The position numbers and the translations under genes are program-made. From positions 1 through 49,030 of the forward strand of contig JADKFE010000010.1 in assembly GCA_016717595.1 (NCBI GenBank): a DNA stretch of 49,030 nucleotides, given 5' to 3'. The DNA is from Deltaproteobacteria bacterium (GTDB lineage Bacteria > Myxococcota_A > UBA796 > CAJQPC01). The notes under the pieces are model-generated. The model had not been told where the DNA came from and did no database searches. It saw only the letters and a list, made by a program, of their open reading frames with translations. Below, in pieces: positions 1 to 9,811 of this stretch (positions are counted from its first letter, which is position 1; each line of letters starts with the position of its first letter).

Positions 1-1054
1 TTGTCGTTGTTGTAGATGTTGACGTCATGCTCTATGGAGGAGAGGCTCTCAAGGCCATCGATGCTCTCCAGCTTCGGGTTGTCGCAGACATTTAAACTGC
101 CCACCGAGGAGAGGGCCTCAAGGCCCGCCATGCTCGTCAGGGAGGAGTTGTCAGACACGTCCAGTTGATCGCGCACATCTTGAAGGCTAGAGAGGCCGGT
201 GAAATCCTTCAAGCTGTAGTTGTCCTCGACTGTGAAGTTGGTCCCGATGGAGACGAGCCCCTCAAGGCCCTCAAGGCTCTTGAGCCCTGAGTTGCCGGTC
301 AGATTAATCCTACCGGCCACGGAGATCAGGTTCTCAAGGCCCTTGAGATTTTTGAGCCCGTGGTTGGACTCCATGATGAGGCTCCCGCTCACGGCGGTGA
401 GACAGCTTAAGGACGCGATCTGTTCGGTGGTGGCGGAGGTGAGGTATAGGGTTCCACCTAAGCTGCGCTCACAATACCCAGCACAGAACTCCTTCATCTC
501 CCAGGAGAATATATCACCACGGGCGCTGTCGGAGGGCAACCAACCAGACGGGTTCGTGTCGTCACAGTCATCCGCGCCAACGAAGCCGTCGCCATCGCCG
601 TCCTCATCCAGGGTGCTCGGATCGCAGTCGTTGTCCAGACCGTCGAACGGGATCTCTTCAGTCCCCAGCGCGGGGTTGGTGTCGTCACAGTCCTCCGCCA
701 TGTTGACCCCGTCGCCGTCGAGATCGTCATCAAGGGTGCTCGGATCGCAGTCGTTGTCCACGCCGTCGTAGGTGACCTCGGCGGCGTCGGGGTGTACCGC
801 CGGGTCATCGTCGTCGCAGTCCTCAGCGAGCACAAACCCGTCGCCGTCGGCGTCCTGGGCTCGGTCTGGGTGTCGGCCTCGGTGTCGGTCTCGGTGTCGG
901 CCTCAGTGTCGGTCTGGCTGTCGGTCTGGCTGTCGGTCTGGGTGTCAGTCTGGGTGTCAGTCTGGCTGTCGGTCTCGGTGTCTTCCCCAGGCTCCTTGTC
1001 ACCACAGGCGGAGAGGAGGCTGAGGGCAAACGTGACGGAGAGGAGGGGGCGCAT
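1..1054 (-). CDS. Secreted lipoprotein (paralog B): lipobox signal, (TDTQ)n linker, 3 MopE/TSP3-like Ca-binding Cys/Asp repeats, LRR domain; 3' end runs off window; apparent -1 frameshift near 857-859
   Basis: Translation from 1054 gives MRPLLSVTFALSLLSAC (lipobox LLSAC) then DTETDSQTDTQ repeats. After ~nt 857 the YDGxDNDCDPST...DGDG motifs and LSGLEGL-type LRRs read only in the +1 frame. Expected CCCC is read as CCC when compared with paralog A. Confidence 0.55.
868..990 (-). repeat. 12-bp tandem coding repeat (gacacccagacc-like, ~10 units) encoding a (TDTQ/TDSQ/TETD)n linker
   Basis: Direct inspection of 868-990: gtctgggtgtcg/gtctcggtgtcg units on the plus strand. Confidence 0.7.
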
Positions 1055-1126
1055 CTTGGCTCCGAGGGTGATTCCGTGAACTGGATCAGAGGTCGTGACA
1101 AGCTAGCCAGCGCGGCGTCGCGAAGG

Positions 1127-3264
1127 TCAGGCGCCGGGCAGGTGCCCAGATTGTCGGTGTTCGTCACCGTGCCAGTGAACGCGGTGAGCTGCGCGACGAG
1201 GGTGCCCACCTCATCTTCGCACAAGCTGTCGTTGCTCGGCACAGAGATGTCCCAGCCCACGGTGGTGAGGGCGTCGAGGTCGGAGAGGCTCGTCAGCGAC
1301 GGGTTGTCCGAGACGTTGAGGTAATAGCTCACTTTAACGAGCGCGTTGAGGCCCGAGAGGCTCGTCAGCGACGGGTTGTCGCGAACATAGACAGAGCCGC
1401 TCAACGAGGTGACATTGGGGAGCCCCGAGAGGCTCACCAGCGAGGCGTTGTCTTCGATGCGAAGGTCCCTCTTTAAGTTGGAGAGCCCTTCGAGGCCCGA
1501 GAGGCTCGTCAGCGAGGCGTTGCTCTTCACCTTGAGGGAGTCGCCAATGGTGGTCAACGAGTCAAGGCCCGAGAGGCTTGACAGGTTGCTGTTGGAGGCG
1601 ATCAACAGGCCTCCCGCCAACGAGGTGAGGCCCTCAAGGCCGGTGAGACGCTCCAATGCGTAGTTTCCGAAGATGTGAGTCTCCCCACCGATGAAGGTCA
1701 GGCCCGAGAGCCCCGAGAGGTCTAAGAGCTGATAATTGTAGTCAATGCTGACGTCTCCACCCACGGAGGAGAGGTTCTCAAGGCCCGAGAGGGTGGTTAT
1801 CGTCCTGTTGCTGTACACGATGAGATCACCGTCGATGGCGGTGAGACAGGTCAAGGCGGCGACGTCGGTGGTCTTGGCGGCGGAGAGGTCCAGATCTCCG
1901 CCGATGCGCCGCTCACAGTACCCCGTGCAGAAGAGGGAGGTGAAGCTGGCGCCCAGATCTCCGGAGTACGTGTCAAGGGCCAGCCACCCGAGCGGGTTGG
2001 TGTCGTCGCAGTCGTCCGCCATGGCGAGGCCGTCTCCGTCGAGGTCGTCATCGGGGGTGCTCGGATCACAGTCGTTGTCGAGGCCGTCGTAGGCGATCTC
2101 GACCGCGTCGGGGCTCACCGCCGGGTCGCCGTCGTCACAGTCCGCCGCCGCGACGAGGCCGTCACCGTCGAGGTCGTCGTCGCGGGTGCTCGGATCACAG
2201 TCGTTGTCGAGCCCGTCGTAGGGTAGCTCGGCGCCGCCCACGGTTGAGTCGCCGTCGTCGCAGTCCGCCGCCGCGACGAGGCCGTCGCCGTCGAGGTCGT
2301 CGTCGAGCGTCGTCGGGTCACAGTCGTTGTGGAGTGCGTCGTAGGGCCGCTCGGCGCCACCCACGGTTGAGTCGCCGTCGTCGCAGTCCGCCGCCGCGAC
2401 GAGGCCGTCACCGTCGAGGTCGTCGCCGCGGGTGCTCGGATCACAGTCGTTGTCGAGGCCGTCGTAGGCGATCTCGACCGCGTCGGGGCTCACCGCCGGG
2501 TCGCCGTCGTCACAGTCCGCCGCCGCGACGAGGCCGTCACCGTCGAGGTCGTCGTCGCGGGTGCTCGGATCACAGTCGTTGTCGACGCCGTCGTAGGGCA
2601 GCTCGGCGCCGCCTAGGGCTGAGTCGCCGTCGTCGCAGTCGGCCGCCGCGACGAGGCCGTCGCCGTCGAGGTCGTCGTCGAGGGTGCTCGAATCACAGTC
2701 GTTGTCGACGCCGTCGTAGGTAGCTCTGCGCCGCCCACGGTTGAATCGCCGTCGTCGCAGTCGTCCGCCGCGACGAGGCCGTCGCCGTCGAGGTCGTCGT
2801 CGAGGGTGCTCGAATCACAGTCGTTGTCGACGCCGTCGTAGGGTAGCTCTGCGCCGCCCACGGTTGAGTCGCCGTCGTCGCAGTCGTCCGCCGCGACGAG
2901 GCCGTCGCCGTCGAGGTCGTCGTCGGGGGTGCTCACGTCACAGTCGTTGTCGACGCCGTCGTAGGGGTAGCTCGGCGCCGCCCACGGCGGGGTCGCCGTC
3001 GTCACAGTCGTCCGCCGCGACGAGGCCGTCGCCGTCGAGGTCGTCGTCGGGGGTGCTCGGATCACAGTCGTTGTCGACGCCGTCGTAGGGCCGCTCTGCG
3101 CCGCCTATGGTTGAGTCGCCGTCGTCGCAGTCAGCCGCCGCGACGAGGCCGTCGCCGTCGCCGTCTTGGGGCTCGGTTTCATCCTGCGTGTCCTCCGCGG
3201 GCTCTTTGTCGCCGCAGGCGGAGAGGAGGCTGAGGGCGAGCGCTGCGGCGAGGAGCGGGCGCAT
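1127..3264 (-). pseudogene. Secreted lipoprotein (paralog A): lipobox signal, ~9 tandem MopE/TSP3-like Ca-binding repeats, C-terminal LRR domain; disrupted by compensating +1/-1 indels in G-runs (~2958 and ~2719) and probable loss of stop at ~1130
   Basis: MRPLLAAALALSLLSAC starts at 3264. Repeats DGLVAAADCDDGDSTVGGAELPYDGVDNDCDPSTPDDDL read in frame 0 from 3264 to ~2960, in frame 2 between ~2960 and ~2719, then in frame 0 again. Unit at 2955 has gtagggg (4 G) and unit at 2715 has gtagg (2 G), versus gtaggg in the other units. The C-terminal ...NLGTCPAPDL reads through where paralog C ends CPSS*. Confidence 0.55.
2100..3170 (-). repeat. ~120-bp tandem coding repeats (about 9 units), each encoding one ~40-aa Cys/Asp-rich Ca-binding module
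   Basis: The unit gagtcgccgtcgtcgcagtc[c/g]gccgccgcgacgaggccgtc recurs at ~2247, 2367, 2492, 2614, 2742, 2862, 2985 and 3105. Confidence 0.8.
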
Positions 3265-3345
3265 CGGGGCTCCAACGGTGATCCCGTCGATGGGACCGTG
3301 CGTGTACGACACCATGGAGGCCGCAACAGGCGGGATGGATCACCC

Positions 3346-3600
3346 CCTCGTGAGGCTCAGGAGCTCGGGCAGGTGCCGGTGTTTTTGCTGTTGATCACCG
3401 AGCCCGAGAAGGCGGTGAGCCGGGCGAGGAGCGCGTCCACCTCCTCGCGGCGAGGGGTGGCGTCGTAGAGGATGGTGCTGGGCGATGGGGCGGAGGGCAT
3501 CCAGACCATCGAAGCTCGTCAGCGAGCTGTTTTGGTCGAGGGGGAGGCCCCTCTGCGCGGCGTTGTCAACGCCACGGAGACGCGGGGCGTGGCGCCTCAA
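3346..3600 (-). pseudogene. C-terminal remnant (~85 aa) of a third paralog of the LRR lipoprotein family, itself frameshifted
   Basis: Translation gives ...LPLDQNSSLTSFDGLDAL..., then in the +1 frame YDATPRREEVDALLARLTAFSGSVINSKNTGTCPSS*, matching the paralog A C-terminus EDEVGTLVAQLTAFTGTVTNTDNLGTCPA. It is followed by the conserved RBS/ATG junction of paralog A. Confidence 0.5.
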
Positions 3601-3653
3601 CGCCGACCTCCCGTCTCAGCGGCCGGGGCGCGGGGGCCGCTAAGCCGGAGCCA

Positions 3654-5185
3654 CTACGCCCCCACCCCAGCCGCCACCGTCAACGCCGGCCTCGGCGACT
3701 CCTCCCCGCGCGCCGCCCGCGCCACAGAGTGCGGCGCGAACTCCGCGAACGCCCGCTTGTAGTCGGCAAAGGCGCCCCCCGCGCGCACGGCGTGCATCAC
3801 CGCGAGGCCGGTCTGGGCGTCGCCCTGGGCCAACACCGCCTCCACCCAGGCCCAGCGCGCGGAGGTGGCGCGCAGCTCGACGCGGCCGCGGCTGGGCTTA
3901 AACGCCGTCTCCAGGCGCTTGAGGCGGGACTCCACCACCTTCAGGCCCACGAAGCCATCATTGAGCATGGGCGTGTTGAGCTTGGGCACAAAGGGCGCCA
4001 TGCCGATGGCGACGGGGTGGATCGCGCCGAGCTCCAAGGAGAAGCGCACGAGCTCGTCGAGATCGGCGTCGGTCTCGCCGGGCACGCCGATCATCATGTA
4101 GACCTTGAGCACCTTGTAGCGGTGCTCGGCGGCCTGGCGGGCGCAGTCGATGAGGTGCTGCTCGGTGGTGCCTTTGGACATCTCCCGGCGCAGGCGCTGG
4201 CTCGCGGCGTCTGAGGCCACGGTGAGGGTGCTGTAGCCGCCTTGGCGCAGAAGCTCGGCGATGCGGGGCTTGCGGGCCACACGGTCGGCGCGCAGGGAGC
4301 TGATGCCGACGCCCTTCCCGGCGGCGATCAGCGCCTCTAAGATGGGGACCAGCTCGGGGTGATCGGAGATCGCCGCGCCGACGAGGCCCACCCGGGGGGC
4401 GTAGTCGGGGACGAGGGAGAGCACGCGGTCGGCGGTGACCAGGCGCATCCCGCCGTTCGTGCTGCGGCGCATCACGCAGAAGGTGCACTGGCGATGGCAG
4501 CCGCGCTCCCCTCCAGCAGAAACATGCTGGAGAGCTCGGCGTCGGGGGCGATGATGCGGCTGCGGGCGGGGAGCTCGGCGTCGGAGGCCTTGGCGATGGT
4601 GGGCAGGCGGTCGCCGTCGCGCTCGGGCAGGTAACCGCCGGGCAGGGCGGCCACGGCGGCGCGTAAGGCGTCCAAGCCGCCGGAGATCGCGGCCTCGACG
4701 GCGGGCACCACCGTCTCCTCAGCCTCGCCCAGGAGCATGGCGTCGACAAACGGCGCGGCGGGGAGCGGGTTCGAGAAGGTGAGCGGGCCGCCGAGCAGCA
4801 CCAGGGGATCGTAGCCCGTGCGATCTTCGCGGCGGGCGGGGATGCCCGCGAGCTCAAAGGCCGTGAGCATCCCGGCGAGCTCAAGCTCGTAGGCCAAAGA
4901 CACGCCGATGATGGGGAAGTCCCGCAGCGGGGTCTGCGTCTCGTAGGTGCACAGGGGCAGGCGGGAGCGGCGCCAGGCGTCTACGTCGTCGGGTAAAAAC
5001 GCGCGCTCGACGGCGAACCCGGCGCGGGTGAGCAGCTCGTGAATCCACTGGAAGCCAAGGGACGACATGCCCGCGCGGTACGGCGAGGGGTAGAGCAGGG
5101 CCACGCGCGCCTGACCGGGGGTGAAGCCCGGCCCACGCTCGCGGGCGAGGCGCTCGACGATCGGCTCGTTGTGCTTCCAGGGCAT
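3654..5185 (-). CDS. B12-binding-domain radical SAM protein, split by a frameshift near 4508-4511
   Basis: The N-terminal ORF (5185-4472) has a cobalamin-binding-like fold (VALLYPSPYRAGMSSLGFQWIHELL). The radical SAM motif GCHRQCTFC is read only after shifting frame at the junction gaggggagcgcggctgccat. The C-terminal ORF (4475-3654) carries the TIM-barrel part (MMIGVPGETDADLDEL). Confidence 0.6.
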
Positions 5186-5262
5186 AGACTTCCTGCGAGG
5201 GGGGATGTACAGGTTATGAAGGTTCGAGCCCGCGCGCCCGCGCTTGTGAGGATTCTCCCCCT

Positions 5263-5997
5263 ATGCTGTCGTCCCTCGCCGTGCTGCTCCTGGGTCTAGC
5301 CCCCGCTGAGGCCGCGGAGTCCGTCTCCCTCCGTTACCTGCTCGCCGTCGATGGTGAGGTCATCGGGCACCGCGATCTCAAGATCAACTACCTGCCCACG
5401 GACTCCGGCGAGCTGCGGCTCCTGGAGTCGTTCACCGAGCTGACCTTCTCCATCGCCGGGCAGCCCTACACCTACAAGCAGCGCCTCGGCGGCCTGGGCG
5501 GCGGCAACTTCAGCTCGGCGATCAGCGACAACGGCACCGGCCGCGAGGTGCAGGCCGTACGATCCAGCCTCGGCTGGACGGTCACCGTCGCTGAAGGCAA
5601 GACGGCGGAGGTCTACGCCTTGGGCCCCGCGGCCTTTGACCTCACCTCCCTCTCCTTGCTCGATCCCGCCGTGGCCGAGAGCCTCGCCGGGCGCAGCACG
5701 CTCAAGGTGCTCGTCGCCGAGACGGGCGGCGTGATGGAGGGCCCCCTTCGCCAGGCCGCCGACGTGCAGATCAAGCTCGGCGGCCAGATGATCACCTGCG
5801 ACGAGTACGTCTGGAGCGTGCCCGAGGGTGAGGTCCGCCTGGACTACGGCCCTGAGGGCCACCTGATGCGCTACACCACCCGGGTCGCGGGCAAGGTCAT
5901 CACCGCGACGCTGGACCGCCCTCCCCCACCGCGCACCTACGGCACGACCATGGACGGGCCGCTGATTCAGTCGAGCGTCGGCGAAGAGACGCTCTAA
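5263..5997 (+). CDS. Secreted hypothetical protein (signal peptide)
   Basis: N-terminal MLSSLAVLLLGLAPAEAAES signal. The 244-aa ORF has coding-like composition and its stop overlaps the convergent hcrB-like stop by 4 nt. Confidence 0.45.
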   Translation: MLSSLAVLLLGLAPAEAAESVSLRYLLAVDGEVIGHRDLKINYLPTDSGELRLLESFTELTFSIAGQPYTYKQRLGGLGGGNFSSAISDNGTGREVQAVRSSLGWTVTVAEGKTAEVYALGPAAFDLTSLSLLDPAVAESLAGRSTLKVLVAETGGVMEGPLRQAADVQIKLGGQMITCDEYVWSVPEGEVRLDYGPEGHLMRYTTRVAGKVITATLDRPPPPRTYGTTMDGPLIQSSVGEETL

Positions 5998-6962
5998 ACG
6001 CCGCTGATCGCCGCTTCAAGGGCCCGGCGCACCTCAACCCGCACCATCTTCTTGCGCCAGGGCGCGGGCCAGACATGCGTCGAGAGCGGGCTCACCTGCT
6101 TATACGCGGCCTCGGCCACGGCCTCGACGCCGCCCGCCTCCCAGGCCTCGGCCACGCCGCCCAGCTCCACCGGGCGCGGGCCCACGGACGAGACGACCAC
6201 GCGGGGGCCCCGATCCGGGTCAAACGCCGCCGCCGTGAGCAAGAGCGGGTAGTCGATGCTGCCCCGGGCGCGCAGCTTGCGGTGAACCACACGGCCCGCG
6301 GGCGGCGGGGGCAAGATCACGGCGGTGAGCAGCTCATCCGGGGCGCGGCGGATCCAGTCGCGGCCATCATCGCCATACAGCGCGGCGACGGCCACCCGGC
6401 GGGCGCCCCGCGTAGACACCAGCTCCACCTCGGCGTCATAGAGCAGGAGCCCCGGCGCGGTGTCGGCGGAGTGCGCGGCGTAACAGCCCTTGCCTTTGGG
6501 GGCGACGTGGCAGATCGCCCCCTCGGGCGCGCTGTGGCACTTCAAGCAGCCGCCGAGCGCCCCCCGCCAGAACGTCGACTGGTTGTACCAGGCGCAGCGG
6601 GTGTCGAGCATCAGGTTGCCGCCAAGGGTGCCCATGGCCTGAATCGTAGACGTGGCGATGGTGCGTGTGGCGGCGGCCAAGGCCGGGTACAGGCTCAACA
6701 CCCGCACATCCCGACCCACCGCCCGCAGCGTGACGCCGGCGCCGATGCGTAGGCCGCCCGCCTCGGTGACGGAGATCTCTTGCAGCGCCGACACCCCACC
6801 CAGACGGATGAGCGTCGGCGGGGTGAACAGACCGTACTTCATCGAGGGCAGAAGATCCGTGCCCCCAGCGATGAGCCGGGCCTGGGGGTGGTCGGTCAGC
6901 ATCTGCGCGGCGTCGGAGACGGCGCGGGGCGAGAGCACAGAGAAGGTCGGCAGCGGCAGCAT
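5994..6962 (-). CDS. Molybdopterin dehydrogenase FAD-binding subunit with Cys-rich [4Fe-4S]-type insert (4-hydroxybenzoyl-CoA reductase beta/HcrB-like)
   Basis: RLIAGGTDLLP FAD-binding motif plus insert CAWYNQSTFWRGALGGCLKCHSAPEGAICHVAPKGKGC. Confidence 0.7.
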   Translation of the reverse strand: MLPLPTFSVLSPRAVSDAAQMLTDHPQARLIAGGTDLLPSMKYGLFTPPTLIRLGGVSALQEISVTEAGGLRIGAGVTLRAVGRDVRVLSLYPALAAATRTIATSTIQAMGTLGGNLMLDTRCAWYNQSTFWRGALGGCLKCHSAPEGAICHVAPKGKGCYAAHSADTAPGLLLYDAEVELVSTRGARRVAVAALYGDDGRDWIRRAPDELLTAVILPPPPAGRVVHRKLRARGSIDYPLLLTAAAFDPDRGPRVVVSSVGPRPVELGGVAEAWEAGGVEAVAEAAYKQVSPLSTHVWPAPWRKKMVRVEVRRALEAAISGV

Positions 6963-6965
6963 AGC

Positions 6966-9284
6966 TCAGGCTCCGTCAAAGGAGGCGCGGCGGGCCTCAC
7001 GGTCGCGGCGCTCGATGGCCTTGAGCACACGGTCGGGGGTGAACGGCGCCTCGTTCATCCACACGCCGCAGGCGTCAAAGATGGCGTTGGCGATGGCGGG
7101 CACCGTGGAGAGCTGGGGGCCCTCCCCGGCCTCTTTGGCGCCGAAGGGGCCCTCCTTGTCGTTGGACTCCACGATGATCGTGATGATCTCCGGCGTCTCA
7201 AACACCGTGGGGATCTTGTACTCCAAGATCGACGGCGCCCGGTGCAGACCGTGTTTGGTGTAGCTCTGCTCCTCAGCCAGGGCCTCCCCCACGCCCATGT
7301 ACACGCAGCCCTCGATCTGGCCCTCCACGATGGTGGGGTTTAAGGCCTTGCCGCAGTCGTGCGCCGCCCAGATGCGCTCGACGGTGACGAAGCCCGTCTC
7401 CGGGTCTACCACCACCTCGGCCACCTGGGCGGTGAACGAGTACGCCGGAGACGGCCCCACGGACTGGCGGCGGAAGCGGTTGCCGATCTTCGGGGGCTTG
7501 TAGTGCCCCACAAAGCCTAAGGTGCCGTGGCGCTCTTCAGCGAGCTGCACGGCCTCGGCAAAATCGAGGGCCTTCTCTGGCGCAGACTCGCGGAACACCT
7601 TCCCGCCGAGCATCACCACGTCCTCGCCGCCGAGCTTCTCCGCCGCGGCGGCCCGCATCACCGCGTAGAGCTGATCCGCGGCCATCTTGGCGGCGTTGCC
7701 CGCGAAGAAGGTCACTCGCGAGGAGTACGAGCCCAGGTCTACGGGCGTGAGCCCGGTGTCGGCCTCCAACACCACACAGTCGGTCTCGGGGATGCCCAGG
7801 CGCCCGGCCACGATGGCCGCGAGCATGTGGTTCGAGCCCTGGCCGATGTCGGCGGTGCCCGAGAGGATCGACACCCGCCCCGAGCGGTCGGCGCAGATCT
7901 GCACGGCGCTCTGGGGCATCTCCGACTGCACGATCGGGTGCAGGGCCCCGCACATATACGCCGAGGTGGCCAGGCCGATGCCCCGGTTGGGGCCGAGCTT
8001 GCCGCGCTTCTCCAAATACCCCGAGGCGGCGAGCACCTTGTCAACACACTCTTTGAGCGCGACGGACGTGATGCGCAGGCCGTTGGAGGTCTCTGTGTCG
8101 GGCTCCACACAGTTCTTGAGGCGCAGGGCGTCGGGGCTCATGCCGATGGCGTTCGCGAGCTTGTCGAGGTGAAGCTCTAAGGCGAAGCGCGGCTGAATCG
8201 CGCCGTGGCCTCGTTTGGGGCCGCAGGGCGGGTGGTTTGTATAGCAGCGGTGGCTCTCAAACTGCCAGTGATCGAGCTTGTAGGGCAGGGGCAAGAACAC
8301 ACCGAAGTAGTACGCCGTCACCACGCCGTAGCTGGCATACGCCCCGCCCGCGGCCCAGGCCTTAAAGTCGGCGGCGGTGATGCGCCCGTCGTTGGTGACG
8401 CCCATCTTCAGGGTCATCCGTGTGGGGTGACGGCCTCGGTGGGCATAAAACACCTCCTCACGGTCCAGGATAAACTTCACCGGGCGGCCGGTCTTTCGCG
8501 CCAAGGCCGCCGCGCACAGCTCGTTGGCGAAGGGGTCGGACTTGCCGCCATAACCCGCGCCCACATCGGGCTTGATCACCCGCACGTCCTGCTCACGCAT
8601 CCCCAGCACCTTGGACACGATGCGGTGCAGGTAGTGGGGGATCTGTGTAGACGACCAGAGGGTGAGCTTGCCGTCTGGGTGGGGTTGGGCCAGGGCGACC
8701 TGGGTCTCCAGAGGCACATGGGTGGAGCCGGGGTAGTCGTAATTCGACTCGATGATCACATCGGCCTCGGCGAACCCGGCGGCGGGGTCACCGTATTTCT
8801 GGAACACCCGGCGTAAGACGTTTGTGTCGCCCTTGCGGCGGCGCTCGTCATGCAGGAGCGGCTTGTCGGGGTTCAGCGCGTCCTCGATGGTGAACACGCC
8901 CTCTAGGGGCTCGTACTCCACACGGATGAGCGCGGCGGCGCGGCGGGCCGTCTCTTGATCCACGGCGGCCACGGCGGCGACCTCGTCCCCGATGAACAGC
9001 ACCTTGCCCACGGCCAAGGCGTGCTCGTCTTGGGCGACGGGGATGACGCCATAGGGCGTGGGGAGATCGGCCCCGGTGAGCACGGCGTAGACCCCGGGCA
9101 GGGCCAAGGCCGCGCTCACGTCGATGCTCAAGATTCGGGCGTGGGCGTGGGGCGAGCGGTTGAAGGCCCCGTGCAGCATCCCGGGCAAGGTGAGGTCGTC
9201 GGTGAAGCGGGCGGCGCCGGTGATCTTGGGCAAGCCGTCGATCTTGCCGCCGCGACGGCCAACAGGCGAATCAGGCTCGCTCAT
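6966..9284 (-). CDS. Xanthine dehydrogenase family molybdopterin-binding large subunit (HcrA/CoxL-like)
   Basis: 772 aa. Ald_Xan_dh N-terminal lid (KITGAARFTDDLTLPGMLHGAF) and MoCo-binding domains. Confidence 0.8.
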   Translation of the reverse strand: MSEPDSPVGRRGGKIDGLPKITGAARFTDDLTLPGMLHGAFNRSPHAHARILSIDVSAALALPGVYAVLTGADLPTPYGVIPVAQDEHALAVGKVLFIGDEVAAVAAVDQETARRAAALIRVEYEPLEGVFTIEDALNPDKPLLHDERRRKGDTNVLRRVFQKYGDPAAGFAEADVIIESNYDYPGSTHVPLETQVALAQPHPDGKLTLWSSTQIPHYLHRIVSKVLGMREQDVRVIKPDVGAGYGGKSDPFANELCAAALARKTGRPVKFILDREEVFYAHRGRHPTRMTLKMGVTNDGRITAADFKAWAAGGAYASYGVVTAYYFGVFLPLPYKLDHWQFESHRCYTNHPPCGPKRGHGAIQPRFALELHLDKLANAIGMSPDALRLKNCVEPDTETSNGLRITSVALKECVDKVLAASGYLEKRGKLGPNRGIGLATSAYMCGALHPIVQSEMPQSAVQICADRSGRVSILSGTADIGQGSNHMLAAIVAGRLGIPETDCVVLEADTGLTPVDLGSYSSRVTFFAGNAAKMAADQLYAVMRAAAAEKLGGEDVVMLGGKVFRESAPEKALDFAEAVQLAEERHGTLGFVGHYKPPKIGNRFRRQSVGPSPAYSFTAQVAEVVVDPETGFVTVERIWAAHDCGKALNPTIVEGQIEGCVYMGVGEALAEEQSYTKHGLHRAPSILEYKIPTVFETPEIITIIVESNDKEGPFGAKEAGEGPQLSTVPAIANAIFDACGVWMNEAPFTPDRVLKAIERRDREARRASFDGA

Positions 9285-9796
9285 GTGGACCTCCCGTTCA
9301 TCCGCTCGCGGGCCTGGCGGGCGGCGGCGAGGATCTTCGTGTAGCCCGTGCAGCGGCAGATGTTGGCGCCGAGCACCTCGTTGAGCTCGGCGTCGGTCGG
9401 GTCGGGCCGCTCGTCAAACAGGGCCTTGAGCGCCATGACGAAGCCCGGCGTGCAATACCCACACTGGGCGGCGACCTGCTCGTGGAACGCGGCCTGGATG
9501 GGGTGCAGCGCGCCGCCGACGGCCACCCCCTCGACGGTGAGCAGCTCGGCGTCCTGAGCCTCGGCGGCCAGGGTGATGCACGAGAGCCGCGGCGCGCCGT
9601 TCACCAAGACCGTACACGCGCCGCAGTCGCCGACGTCGCAGCCGTGCTTGGAGCCGGTGAGGCCAAGGTCTTGGCGCAGGAGGTTGAGGAGCGTGCGGTT
9701 CGCGGGGATCAACAGGCGTCTGCGGTCGCCGTTGACCCTCAGCGTGAGGACCAGATCGTCATCGGGCTCGGTGGGCATGGCCGCCACTATAACCAA
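9281..9796 (-). CDS. (2Fe-2S)-binding small subunit (HcrC/CoxS-like)
   Basis: GCDVGDCGACTV and CGYCTPG...CRCTGY motifs. ATGA overlap with the large-subunit gene. Confidence 0.8.
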   Translation of the reverse strand: MVIVAAMPTEPDDDLVLTLRVNGDRRRLLIPANRTLLNLLRQDLGLTGSKHGCDVGDCGACTVLVNGAPRLSCITLAAEAQDAELLTVEGVAVGGALHPIQAAFHEQVAAQCGYCTPGFVMALKALFDERPDPTDAELNEVLGANICRCTGYTKILAAARQARERMNGRST

Positions 9797-9811
9797 TGGC
9801 TTCGGGGGCGG

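Noticed and set aside
2700-2970. Programmed ribosomal frameshifting or phase variation at the G-runs
   Set aside because: The runs are only 2-5 nt with no slippery heptamer. The same class of indel occurs in unrelated housekeeping-type genes, so sequencing error is more parsimonious.
2100-3170. Regular ~120-bp repeats as a possible CRISPR-like array
   Set aside because: The repeats are contiguous with no spacers and encode Ca-binding protein modules in frame.
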